64,000 nucleotides of DNA from Octopus vulgaris (Eukaryota), in contig OX597819.1 in assembly GCA_951406725.2 (NCBI GenBank), forward strand, positions 92,194,001 through 92,258,000. The letters are read 5' to 3'. The position numbers and the translations under genes are program-made. Shown one piece after another: positions 52,299-64,000 of this stretch. The notes below the pieces were generated by a model. It had not been told where the DNA came from. It saw only the letters and a list, made by a program, of their open reading frames with translations, and searched no databases. The stretch's first letter is position 1. Each line of letters opens with the position of its first letter.

Positions 52299-54680
52299 GT
52301 GCTGACGTATCACAAAATATATACGCGTGCCCTTCGATGTTTATGTGCGTATGCATGTTTATATGTGCACTAAGGTAGCGTGTTTATGTGTTTGTATGTG
52401 TGAGTGTGCGGAGAATGAGAACAGAATATCTTTTCTTTTCTTCAGTGTAACTTTACAAGCCAAAAGTCGAGCTGCGTATTATTATGGGTATCATTTTAAT
52501 ATCTTTCGAATAGCAACTTACTGCCCACATGCGCAACGCTGTTCTCTGAATCGGCAGAGAATAGGGTTGTGCACTGGTATATTATGTTGCCGCGTCAGTT
52601 TATATATTCTCTCAAGCAATGTATGGTCTGTAAACTGGAACGAGGTTTAAAATAGATGACATTTGTTCCTGGTTATATAATGATTAACTAAATGAAAACA
52701 GGAATAGATTGTAGATGTATAATTAATATATTTCAGTTATTTTCCTTGTCTTCATTTAGAACCAGCGGTCAGATTTAGTGAAGCATATCTATCTATCAAT
52801 CTATCTATCTGTATATCTATCCATGTTATCTCTCGGTGTTTATATATTTGTATGTGTGTGTATATATGTATGTATGTATTATGTAAGTATGTATGTCTGT
52901 AATATATATGTAAATATATATATATACATACACACACACACACAAACATATATATATATATGTATATATGTATCTGTGTATATATATGTATATACATATA
53001 CACACATATATATATATAATCGTAGTCGTGGCTGATTCTGATGTTACGTAACCGTAAAAAGCACCTTTCAAGTGTTTTGTTCTCACAGAGGCAATGACCG
53101 AGACCTTTGGCATTATGTCGTGCGTGAGATGAAGACCCACCAAGCCACGTTAAAGACCCATCAAACCAATTTAAAGCTCTAATTGAAGCCTTACTCACGT
53201 TTGGCTACAGCGGCAGGTCCTTACTGATCGTTGATAAATTTGGTTCCTATAATACTAGCTACCCCTCACCAAAGAAATTCTTTTGCATCCAGCTAGCGAA
53301 ATTCCTGCATGTTGCTGTCAGATTATAAAATCTCACCAAGAATGTAAGTGTTCTCCGTTATCTGAGAATAACTATCGGTAATACAGCAGATTTTAAATTA
53401 CGTTATTTTTGACAGTACTTTATAAAAATTCATCCAAGATGCTCATATGTGAGTCTAATTAGAAATTACCCCAGAATGTTTGTGGAGAAATACAGAGGAC
53501 TTCTTCAGTATAAGTAGCTTTTCAGAAATCTGTGTCTGAAGTTGCAAAATCCACTGGGCAATATTAAATGTTATACAACGAAAATTATGTCCTTGCTTGG
53601 CAAATTTTGAAATAAACCGAAACTGGAAGGGACACTTAGCTCTGTTCTCGTACTACAGATATTGATTTAACCTTCATCCACTCTCATGTAAAGCACATTA
53701 TTCCGACAGGCTATTCAGGATGTAAAGGTTGGATGAAAAGAGGACTACTGTGTGATCCAGTTTTGTATCCATCACAGCCGTATAGAACAGAAGTAATTAC
53801 AAATGAAATGGCTTCAAGGACTTAACGCTGCTCGGTTCAGAAATTGAACACACAATTATATATAATGATGAATTTAACACCCTCAAGATTGGGTCATGTG
53901 TCTTCATGCGTTTATACAGTCAAATTTCGAGACGGAATAGTTTCAATTTCAAATTAAGTTTGAGAATATTTGCTTTAATTTGATAATCATTGTTTGTATT
54001 ATCGATTAGAAGCAGCAGAACAGAAACGGTTACTAGAGTCCAGCAGTGTTTGCAATAAAAATCTTAACAACCAAGCCATTTCCTTAATCTTTTAGAAGTA
54101 TTTAATATTTGCTCTTCATTTCACAATTCTTTCGCAACTATTCTACGAGATCCTACATTTACGTACTTTTATGTGCTTTTGTTTGTTTGTATGTTTATCA
54201 AGACACTTATGTGTGTATATATTCGTATCTGATGGAATTATGTAAACGTATCTATGTGTATGTGTGCAGTTTGTGCAAGACAAATATGTGTGCATCTACG
54301 TGAATGCGGTTTGAGTATGTAACATGATAAAAAACATGTGTATGTAAAGACGATAACACACACACACACACAAACATATAGGCGTGTGTAGATGTGCATC
54401 TAATTTATGAATGTCAGAACACGTAGTAATGTATGCAAGTAGCTATGTGTATATATTTGTATGAAGTAAAAGAAGATGGCTATTATTATATACGTAGTAT
54501 TTTTGTTAATGAATGCGCATGATGTTTTCTATGCACCAATGAATGCACGAATGCGAGCGCACTTACGTTTAAGTAATAGAATTTCTCATGGATATCACTA
54601 TATATACACAGATAAGCACACACTGTCAAGAGTCTCCTATCGGTATATAAAAATATTTTATACTCACTCATATGTATGTA

Positions 54681-54783
<103 letters not shown>

Positions 54784-54919
54784 CATACATACATAATATA
54801 TATATATATACATATATAGTTATTGATAAATACATACATTCTGCATTCATACATACATATATACATTTATATATTCATATATACATACATAAGTATATAT
54901 ATATGTATGCATATATATG

Positions 54920-54959
<40 letters not shown>

Positions 54960-56351
54960 CATACATACATACATATATATATATATATGTATGTATGTAT
55001 GTTTGTGCTACGTGCTGTGCATGCGTATGAATAAAGTTGCGTCATTTAGAATGTTAGTCCGAATAAAGGTGACATTGTGTACCGTCTAGAGACTATGTAT
55101 ATTTATGAATGAATACATCTTATTTTTGTGTGTGCATCTGCGTATGTGTGTGTGTCTATGTGTTTGTATGTATGTCAGTGTACATCAATATATGTAAAGT
55201 TGCTCCCGCTTTGCTTATTTCCTATGATTTTCAGCGAAGTAATCTTTTTGTTATGGAGAAGAGAATAACCTCGTTTTTAAAGTTCTGATGGATTGGCCTC
55301 TTTGAGGTTTCGCAATGGCTTTCATTAAATATCAATTACTGAATCTATAATATTTCTGCCTAAATTTTTATGTTTGTATGTATGTATGTATGTATGTATG
55401 TATGTATGTATGTATGTATGTATGTATGTATGTATGTATTTATGTATGTATGTATGCATGTATGTATGTATGTGTATGTATGTGTATATGTATTTATGTA
55501 TGTATTTATGTATGTATATATGTATTGATGTATGTATGTTAACGTAGGTAAGTTTATGTTTATAGGTATGTTTGTTACTATACACGCACGCATACATATA
55601 TCTACGTATGTGTCTATGTCTGTCTGTCTGTCTGTGTGCATGTATGCATGTATGTGTGTATATATGTGTGTATGTATTAAGTACGTACGTATCTATGTGT
55701 GTACTTATATGTGTATAGACACACATATGTATATTTATAAAGAGAGCGAGAGAAAGGAAAACAGAAAGAGAGAGAGAGACAGGGAGAGAAAGAAAGGGCG
55801 CCTGAAATAGAGAAAGATATAGAAGGAAATGAAGTTAATGCAGAGATAGTGGAACAATGAGAGGACGGAAAATATAAAGAACATAACCAAACACGATTTA
55901 CAATTACTTAGATTGATAGATGAACCGATAGAAGCAAATGGATATCTACACTCACACAACAGACAACTATCTAAACAAGTTTATACGTTTCTCTTTATTA
56001 TGTATGTCTATATATCTGTGTGCATATGTTTACGTATACATATACGTGTACAGATATATACGTACGCACAAATGTACAAACGCGTACATATATTACATCT
56101 TGCGGTTTTTAGTTTTTATATTCGTTGCAATCATTCTATATAAATAAGTCGGACATCTTTGTTGATGTATATTTGTATCAATCTCCGACTCCTCTCTCTC
56201 TCTCTCTCTCTCTCTCGCCGTGTTTGTGCGTGTGCGTGTGAGTTTGTGCGTGCGTGTGAGTGTGTTTGTGTGTCTGTTTGTCGCTCACTCTCCCCGACCC
56301 TCTCTCTCACTCTCTCTCTTTCTCTCTCTCTCTTTCTCTCTCCCTAGATAT

Positions 56352-56704
56352 GGCGTGGCTGTGCGGTATGGTTGCGAGTTTAGTCCCATTGCATGGCACC
56401 TTGGGCAAAGTCTTCTACTATAGCCTCAGGTAAGCCAAAGCCTTGTGCATGGACTTGGTAGACGGAAACGGAAAGAAGCCCGTGTATATATATATGCATA
56501 TATTTATGTGTGTTTGTGTGTCCGTGTTTGTTCCCACACTATCGCTTGACAACCGATGTCGGTGTGTTTATGTTCCCGTAACGTAGGGGTTCAGCATACG
56601 ACACCGATAGAAAAAATACTAGGCTTACAAAGACTAAAACTCTTAAGGCAGTGCTCTAGCATGGCTGCAGTCAAATGACAGAAATAAGTAGAAGAATAAA
56701 AGAA
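56352..56704 (+). mobile_element. SINE family A
   Basis: ggcgtggctgtgcggta...ccttgggcaaag...ggtagacggaaac...gcatggctgcagtcaaatgac. Confidence 0.82.
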
Positions 56705-56719
56705 TATATATATATATTG

Positions 56720-56987
56720 TTTGTTCCTTCTCCAGCCACACCTGGCTCATAAGGTTCCTCGGTTTCCTTGGCGTATAGGTTCCCCACCTGGACGGGACGC
56801 CGGTCCGTCGCAGGTGAGCTGCTAGATACAGGAAGAAAGAGTGAGAGAAAATAGTGGCAAAAGAGTCAGCAGAAGTTCGCCATCACCTTGTGCCGGAGAC
56901 GCGTGGAGCTTACGTGTTTCGTTCATAAACACACACATCGTCCGGTCTGAGATTCAAACCCGCGATCCCTCGACCGCAAGTCCACTG
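56720..56987 (-). mobile_element. SINE related to family C (shared head, different tail)
   Basis: gtgtttcgttcataaacacac...cggtctgagattcaaacccgcgatcc...cgaccgcaagtccactg matches the reverse complement of the family C 5' part. Confidence 0.7.
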
Positions 56988-57526
56988 TATACAAGTAAAA
57001 GAATAAGAGAATAAACGAATATATATTCTTTTATGAAACCAATCATTAGATATAAAAATGAGAATGTACAATCTTATAAAGAATTTTTATGTTTTGTGAT
57101 ATGTTGCGCATATAACAAACATATATTTTGTTTTCTCGTTGGTATTGTTGGTTATCTCTAAATAAGACTTCTTCTTGTGTCTAGAGATTATTGCTGGAAG
57201 GATTAGTGCGGTAGGTGCGGGTATGATCACTTTTTAGCACTTTCTGCTTACCCAATGGGAAAGAGGGGTAAGATATATAGTGAGAGTCAGGGAGAGAAGT
57301 GTGAAAGCGATAGTAATTTATATAAAATTTGTACACACGTTCATGCATATTCACACGCATACGCACACACACACATAGGTATATGTATTAGTAAGCACAT
57401 TTTAAAACCATATTTCGAACAGTAGATACCATAGTTAAAACACGTTTATTTTATATTCAGCCCTTCTGACAGAAAACTAGTGGATTAATTTTAGCGTGTG
57501 TTTGCGTATGTATACGTACATATATT

Positions 57527-57574
<48 letters not shown>

Positions 57575-57596
57575 AATATATATATATATGTATATG

Positions 57597-57629
<33 letters not shown>

Positions 57630-57702
57630 GTGTGTGTGTGTGTGTGTGTTAGTGTAGTGTTTGAAGTAGTGTATAGATAATGTATATGAGGAGGGAGGCA
57701 GT

Positions 57703-57902
57703 AAGAATTTTGGATAACTTTTTATTAGCGCTTTCGTCCGTTCAATTGAACTCTTTAGAAAATTTCTTCAGCCTTGTATATAAATCTAAAAGAGAATGTT
57801 TTTCGATTTATATATAAGGCGGAATGAATTTTCTGCGCATTATATCTTGAAGAGTTCGATTGAACGGACGAAAACGCTGATAAAGTATTATCCAAACTTC
57901 TT
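57703..57902. mobile_element. ~200-bp imperfect palindrome with a degenerate hammerhead motif in each arm
   Basis: Left arm (-): CUAAAGA-GUUC(AAUUGAAC)GGAC-GAAA-GCGC-UA-AUAAA. Right arm (+): UUGAAGA-GUUC(GAUUGAAC)GGAC-GAAA-ACGC-UG-AUAAA. Confidence 0.75.
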
Positions 57903-57924
57903 CTTCGTAATATATGTGTATATA

Positions 57925-58323
57925 CTCTTTACTCTTCTACTTGTTTCAGTCATTTGACTGTGGTCATGCTGGAGCACCGCATTTAGCCGAGCCAATCGAC
58001 CCTAGAACTTATTCTTTGTAAGCCTAGTACTTATTCTATCGGTTCTCCTTTGCCGAACTGCTAAGTTACGGGTACCTAAACACACCAGCATCGGTTGTGA
58101 AGCGATGTTGGGGGGACAAACACAGACCCACAAACATATACACACACATACATATATACATATATACGACGGGCTTCTTTCAGTTTTCGTCAACCAAATC
58201 CACTCACATGGCTTTGGTCGGCCCGAGTCTATAGTAGAAGACACCAGCCCAAGGTGCCACGCAGTGGGAGTGAACCCGGAACCATGTGGTTCGTAAGCAA
58301 GCTACTTACCACACAGCCACTCC
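57925..58323 (-). mobile_element. SINE family A
   Basis: Reverse complement of 32041-32446. Confidence 0.9.
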
Positions 58324-59118
58324 CATCGTTTAAGACAACTATGTTCTATAGCTCGAGGGAAATTTTGCTACTACTTCCACCAGGTCGAAAGCCAAAATAG
58401 AGTTTCTTTTATCAGTCTGTTGTTATTCGTTTACGGTTTATCCTTAGAACAGACCCCATGAAACAGATAGGTGTATAATGAAAAATATTTCACCTGTGAC
58501 CATTCTCTCTTTTTGACCTCCTTGGGGATTATCTAGAAATATATTATCCAGTATATGTCTCTCTTTTTTTTTCAAATTGCTATGGTATAACTGGACGAAA
58601 ATTTTGTTGCGTTTTCTAGCTAAAGGATTGTCCCATTTGAAGCACTATTAATACCTTCATCTTTCTCACTGTTACTACTGCTGTTTATGCGCTATCTTTA
58701 TTGTCATCAGATAAACACGAACTGTGCTTCTATCATTTCTAGTACCAGCAGTTTATGCAGCCTTCCTATTTCAGTATTCGTAGTAGCTGTTGAAACGGTA
58801 AAGCATGAAGCAACCACTCAATGCAATTATGTTCAAAAACCTGTTGCTATAGATACTCTATAGGTGATGTTATATTTTTCTCCCGAGCCGATCATAAATA
58901 AATACATTTATTCGCTGCTAACATTTCTATCGCGAGCCAACAAGGAAGTCTCCGTGCGCTCTCACACGGTTTCCTTGAAGTGTACTCGTCCTTCTTGAAG
59001 CAAATAAATAAAATTTCAAAAAACTGCATGTTAGACGATGCACTACTATATTTACAGTATCAATTACTAAAATAAAACCGGTCGTACAGTTTTAAAAGAG
59101 GGATAAAGTGTAGTCCTA

Positions 59119-59512
59119 GCGCAGCAATGGCTGTCTGGTAAGTAGCTTAGTTACCAACCACATGGTACCGAGTTCAGTGCCACTGCGTGGCACCTTGGAC
59201 AAGTGTCTTCTACTATACCCTCGGGCCGACCAAAGCCTTGTGAGTGGATTTGGTAGACGGAAAATGAAAGAAGCCTCTCGTATATATATATATGTGTGTG
59301 TGTGTGTAAGTTTGTGTGTCTGTATTTGTCTCCCCACAATCGCTTAACAACCGATGCTGGTATGTTTACGTCCCCGTAACTTAGCGTTTCCGCAAAAGAG
59401 ACTGATAGAATAAGTACAAATAATAAGTCCTGGGGTCTCTTATGTTCGACTAAAGGCGGTCCTCTAGCATGGCTGCAGTCAAATGACTGAAACAAATAAA
59501 AGGGTAAAAGAA
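59119..59512 (+). mobile_element. SINE family A
   Basis: Matches 32041-32446. Confidence 0.9.
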
Positions 59513-59783
59513 TATATGAAAGCAATAAGAAAAAGAAAAGTAAAAACAAAGGAACAATGTGACGGAATGGTTATAGTCTGGACATCTTTTTCGTAGATCG
59601 TTACAATGAGGACAAACTAGAACTGCACATATCTGCATACCACCACTACAAGTATTACATGTTCTGGAATTGTTAATATTGGCACTATCCTTGACATCAT
59701 AATTATGAGCAGCATGAAATGTCTAAAATTGGAACTAATGCAATGACTTCCAAAGTAAGAAATATCAACTTTGATATTATATA

Positions 59784-60197
59784 CTCTTTTTACTCTTTTA
59801 CCTGTTTCAGTTATTTGACTGCGGCCATGCTGGAGCACCGCCTTTAGTCGAGCAAATCGACCCCGGGACTTATTCTTTGTAAGCCCAGTACTTATTCTAT
59901 CGGTCTCTTTTGCCGAACCGCTAAGTGACGGGACGTAAACACACCAGCATCGGTTGTCACGCAATGTTGGGGGGGGGGGGGACAAATACAGACACGCAAA
60001 CACATACACATATATCTATATATATACATATATATGACAGGCTTCTTTCAGTTTCCGTCTACCAAATCCACTCACAAGGCATTGGTCGGCCCGGGGCTAT
60101 AGCAGAAGACACTTGCCCAAGATGCCACGCAGTGGGACTGAACCCGGAACCATGTGGTTGGTTAGCAAGCTACTTACCACACAGCCACTCCTGCGCC
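59784..60197 (-). mobile_element. SINE family A (near consensus)
   Basis: Reverse complement of 32041-32446; head ggcgcaggagtggctgtgtggtaag. Confidence 0.92.
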
Positions 60198-60479
60198 ATA
60201 TATATAAATGGATGTGTGTATTTTTCCCTTGTTTACAATTAACTCGGAAAAAATAGATAAAGAGTTACCAGGGCAGCAAAAAATCACACAAGTAATAAGG
60301 ACCTAACAACCTATTTGTGAAGGTAGAAACTCCGGGTTGATGTGAAATATTTTGTATAATATATAGATAAATAAATGAAGTTATTTAACCCCCTTTTTTC
60401 ATTCTAAAGGTAAATCGATTTCTTTTATGGATAATTACACTAAAAATAAAGCACCTAATAGCAAACTATTTGGTTGATT

Positions 60480-61480
60480 ATTCCTTATGAGAGGCAAATT
60501 AAATCTAATCTTCCTTTCCAGTTTACGGAAGGTATTATTAGGAATTTTCCAAAGAATTGTAGGTATTACTCTATTATCAACTCGTACACGATTAGGATCG
60601 GTTTTTCTAACGCAAAAAAATCTCTCACAAATTATCTCCTCACATCATATTAGACTTTTATATAAGAATCCAATTACTAATACTAATATTAATTTAGCTA
60701 ATACCAACCATCCCCCTAGAAATATTAATGACAAGGTTATTGTCACTGAAGTCAATTCCAACAGAATTAAGTTTATGCCTAGTAATTCTAAGATAAAAAC
60801 TTTATATACCAGTGTAAAATTACTTCAGGTACCGATGTCCTTTTTATATAGGTAGTTCTTCGCAGGTATCTAAAAAAAATTTCTAATCATTACTCTACAT
60901 TTAGGAATAGTAATAAACGCAACAGTACAGGACTTAGTAAATTAATTTGGTATCTAAAAGACTACAATAAACAGTTTAATTTAGATTGGTTGATTCTCTC
61001 CATTTCATTCCCACATTGATAAAGGCAAAGAATTCTGCAAACTCTGTAATACTGAACTATTTTCTATTCTTTTTTTTAAGAATCCCCTTGTAAACAGGAG
61101 GTAAACATACCTTTAGTTCATATAAGTGACCACTTTATATAATTTGAACATTGATTTTCTTCTTACATTTCACTTCCACTAGACTTATCTTTTTCCAAGC
61201 CTTTAAGCTTTTATTTAATTCACATATCACTCTTTATTTCTCATTCATTAGTTTTCTGCTTATTTCTTTCCTTTACCCCTCCTCTTTCTATAAGCTATCT
61301 TTGACGGATTGTTCAAAAAAACTTAATAGCGTTCCGTTCATCATTATACACATCCATCACATTCTGTTAAAATGTCTTATTGATGAGTTTGGTTTCTTTC
61401 TTTCTTTGAAGAGAAGATTACATTGTTTTACACCATTTTATTCCTTTGTAATACTATAAATGTCTTCGAAATATATGTCG
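60480..61480 (-). pseudogene. Heavily decayed L1/Tx1-like RT fragment
   Basis: Scattered minus-strand remnants in the expected order: GLEK...LVE, NYIKW, FTRG, RYL, KIPNNTFRKLERKIRF. The signal is weak. Confidence 0.4.
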
Positions 61481-61655
61481 GAAGTAAAAGAATTTGAATA
61501 ACATCTGCGTTTAACTCCAAGCCATTTAAAAACTCAAAATCCGTTAGATTCACTTCAACATTTAAATATAATTTGTCAAAATATTTTCGTCGATTATTTT
61601 TGTTTCAGCACAGGATTTCAGATCAGGTCATTTGCTATGCAAGTACATCTCCGTA

Positions 61656-61690
<35 letters not shown>

Positions 61691-61730
61691 TGTATGTATG
61701 TATGTATGTATGTATGTATGTATGTATGTA

Positions 61731-61778
<48 letters not shown>

Positions 61779-61847
61779 ATTAAATAAAATGAGACAACAC
61801 TGCCAAAGCTGCGTGGAATTTTCAGGACATTTATAAAGAGAAAGTTA

Positions 61848-61895
61848 GTCTTACAGCTGTTTCTGGGATATTAGTGATATCCCTTCATCAGAGAC
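61848..61895 (-). ncRNA. Type I hammerhead ribozyme in a solo pLTR-like element (~61777-62020)
   Basis: GUCU-CUGAUGA-A-GGGAUAU(CACUA)AUAUCCC-A-GAAA-CAGCUG-UA-AGAC: perfect stems I and II, palindromic stem III, GUA triplet. Confidence 0.88.
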
Positions 61896-62839
61896 GATGT
61901 GAAATGGTTAAATAGATGGAAATATTAAAGTTTACTATAAGGAGTTATGTTGGAAAATGATGGAAATAAGAAGTGTAAATGAAAATAAGAGAATATAATT
62001 AAAAATAAAAACATATGTAGGATACTCACACACAGAAACACACACAAACACATACACAAACACACACACACACATGTATACTTAAATGTAGATTTGTTGG
62101 AACAAAATATTTTGCGTCGATTTGAAAAGCCATCGTATATCGTTCATATCGAATCATATCGTTCATATCGTCAGCGGGGAGATGAATCTCCACCAACTAC
62201 AGCGCCGAGACGACCATTTCACGTGATTTCGGTCTTCCTTGATCTTTCCGGAAATGGACTCTCGACCGCTAGAGATAACAGCTACTCATCTCTTCACTAG
62301 CGATGTTTAGACAATCAGTACTAGAACAGGGCCTGGTGTCGCGATTAGCCAATTATCTAGTTGAAATTATATATATCAGCGACGGATTCAGTGTTAATAC
62401 CAAGAAGTAATATTTATTCCCACCTAAACGATGTTCTGTTAGAACAAACTTTATTGCAGCAGAGACCTTAAAATAAATTCTCAAATATGTGCTCCAAATT
62501 TCTAAAAATACTTGTTCTAGGCTAATTGGAAAAAAGGAAGGTGCTTTACTATACGTCTATATTAATGAAATTTCCACATCCTTTTATCTATGAAAAAGAC
62601 AAAACAGAGTTTGCTTCCATAACATTCTGGTTTCTTCAGCGTGGCAATTTGATTGTTTTCTATTCAATCGTCACACCTTCCTATCACAATGAGAAACATT
62701 AGCTTAGGGCTTCTCAAACAACATGAGGAAAGAGATTGAATGAGGAGGTTCACCGCGAATTAATCCTCAGGAAATTCTCCACGCATGACATTTCGTTACT
62801 TCCATGAATTCATCCTACTTGAGCAGAGCTGACAGGCGT

Positions 62840-63003
62840 AAGCTAGTCGATGTAATCGACCCCATTTCTCAATTGATTCTTATTTCATCAACTTCGAAAA
62901 GAGGAAAGTTAAATCGAGCTGCGTGGAATTTGAACTGAGAATGTAAAGACGGACAAAATGCCGATATGCATTTTGTCCGACCTGCTATCGATTCTGCCAG
63001 GTT
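62840..63003 (-). mobile_element. SINE family B (diverged)
   Basis: gtcgatgtaatcgacccc...ggaatttgaactgagaatgtaaagacggac...gattctgccag. Confidence 0.7.
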
Positions 63004-63529
63004 GATCAACGATAGTAACAACACAAACAAGCAAACACATAAACAAACAAACAAACAAATGAAAAACAAGTAAAAGTGTCGTCACATTTTGGTCACATAA
63101 CTTCATAGACCTCGCAGCTGAAATGTCACTTTAATATCACTCTACCTTTTAAAAAGGAATACAGGAAGGACGCCTTATAGAATGTCGTCCTGCACCCGCC
63201 CTCAATAAAATCAATATAACAATACTGGAATGCATTTGACCGTAGGCCTGCTTAACTAAAACTGAATTGTGTGCGAAAAGACAACAACAATGACAATTAC
63301 TCTATCAGCAGTACTCAAAACAACCAGAAAAACAGTATTACCAACAATGCCGCTGTCTTAACACTGGTTACAATCATGTGTCAAAATCATCAATAATACA
63401 GTCAGTGCCTGTGTTATATGCACTAACTGCCAATGTTCCACATCCTATCATATCCTCTAATACTTCCTGCTTTCATCTTTACATCGTCACCTTTCACACT
63501 GTCGTTGTTGTCACTTCCTATTCTGTTCC

Positions 63530-63840
63530 AGGCCTCACATACTATGATGGATTTTAGCCTTGATAAGTGTGCTAAAGCAACTTTTGTAAGAGGCAAGAAT
63601 TTCCAGTAAATTAGATACCGACACTACCACCAAGGAGCTTGACCCACAAGAAAGCTATAAATACATGGGGATAAACGAAGGAGATGGTATACAACGTGCT
63701 ACAATGAAGGAAAAAAAACGAAAGGAGTATCATAGGAGAATATGGCTCATACTAAAAACTGAACACAACGCCAAATATCGTATCGAAGCCATTAACACTC
63801 TGGCACCTCAAGTAATCCAATACAGTTTTAACATTTTTAA
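63530..63840 (+). pseudogene. R4/Dong-like LINE RT fragment (post-YxDD region)
   Basis: MDFSLDKCAK...ESYKYMGINEGDGIQRATMKEKKRKEYHRRIWLILKTEHNAKYRIEAINTLAPQVIQYSFNI matches the typical FGLDKCA...YKYLG...LN..NK..AINT.A.PV..YSF pattern. Confidence 0.8.
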
Positions 63841-64000
63841 CGATTTTGCTAGCTCATCACCGCCACCTAACAGCAACAACATCAACAATATGGAGTGGAC
63901 GTGTTAACGGGTGTCTTTATATTGGTTGTTGCGATTGCTGGAATTACCAGACAAATTTCTCTCGGTAGCAACGAAACTACAAACGGTGAACTATTTCGTT

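Overview
AT-rich, microsatellite-saturated eukaryotic DNA, intergenic or intronic. The SINE families and repeat texture suggest an octopus/cephalopod genome (inference). I can support no host protein-coding exon, and most ORFs in the supplied track are microsatellite or SINE artefacts. The only near-intact coding element is a Penelope-like retroelement (PLE) of Naiad type on the minus strand (3014-6617): an RT + GIY-YIG reading frame with one TAA stop, flanked by ~200-bp pseudo-LTRs that carry a minimal hammerhead ribozyme (HHR). The window also holds three tRNA-derived SINE families, a dead Tc1/mariner-superfamily transposon, a gag-like ORF1 with a CCHC knuckle, and fragments of REL-type (R4/Dong-like), RTE, CR1-like and L1-like LINEs. 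The most striking signal is non-coding. About a dozen hammerhead-ribozyme motifs from several unrelated sequence families sit in short elements inserted in microsatellites: (i) a ~425-bp tandem unit with a long-stem-II HHR, resembling a retrozyme (49279-50344); (ii) palindromic elements with outward-facing HHRs (42025-42323 and 57703-57902 in both arms, 8688-8951 in one); (iii) a clean solo HHR (61848-61895); and (iv) variant-core HHRs (CUGUGGA, CCGACGA). All RNA structures were read by eye and need folding, covariance and cleavage tests.
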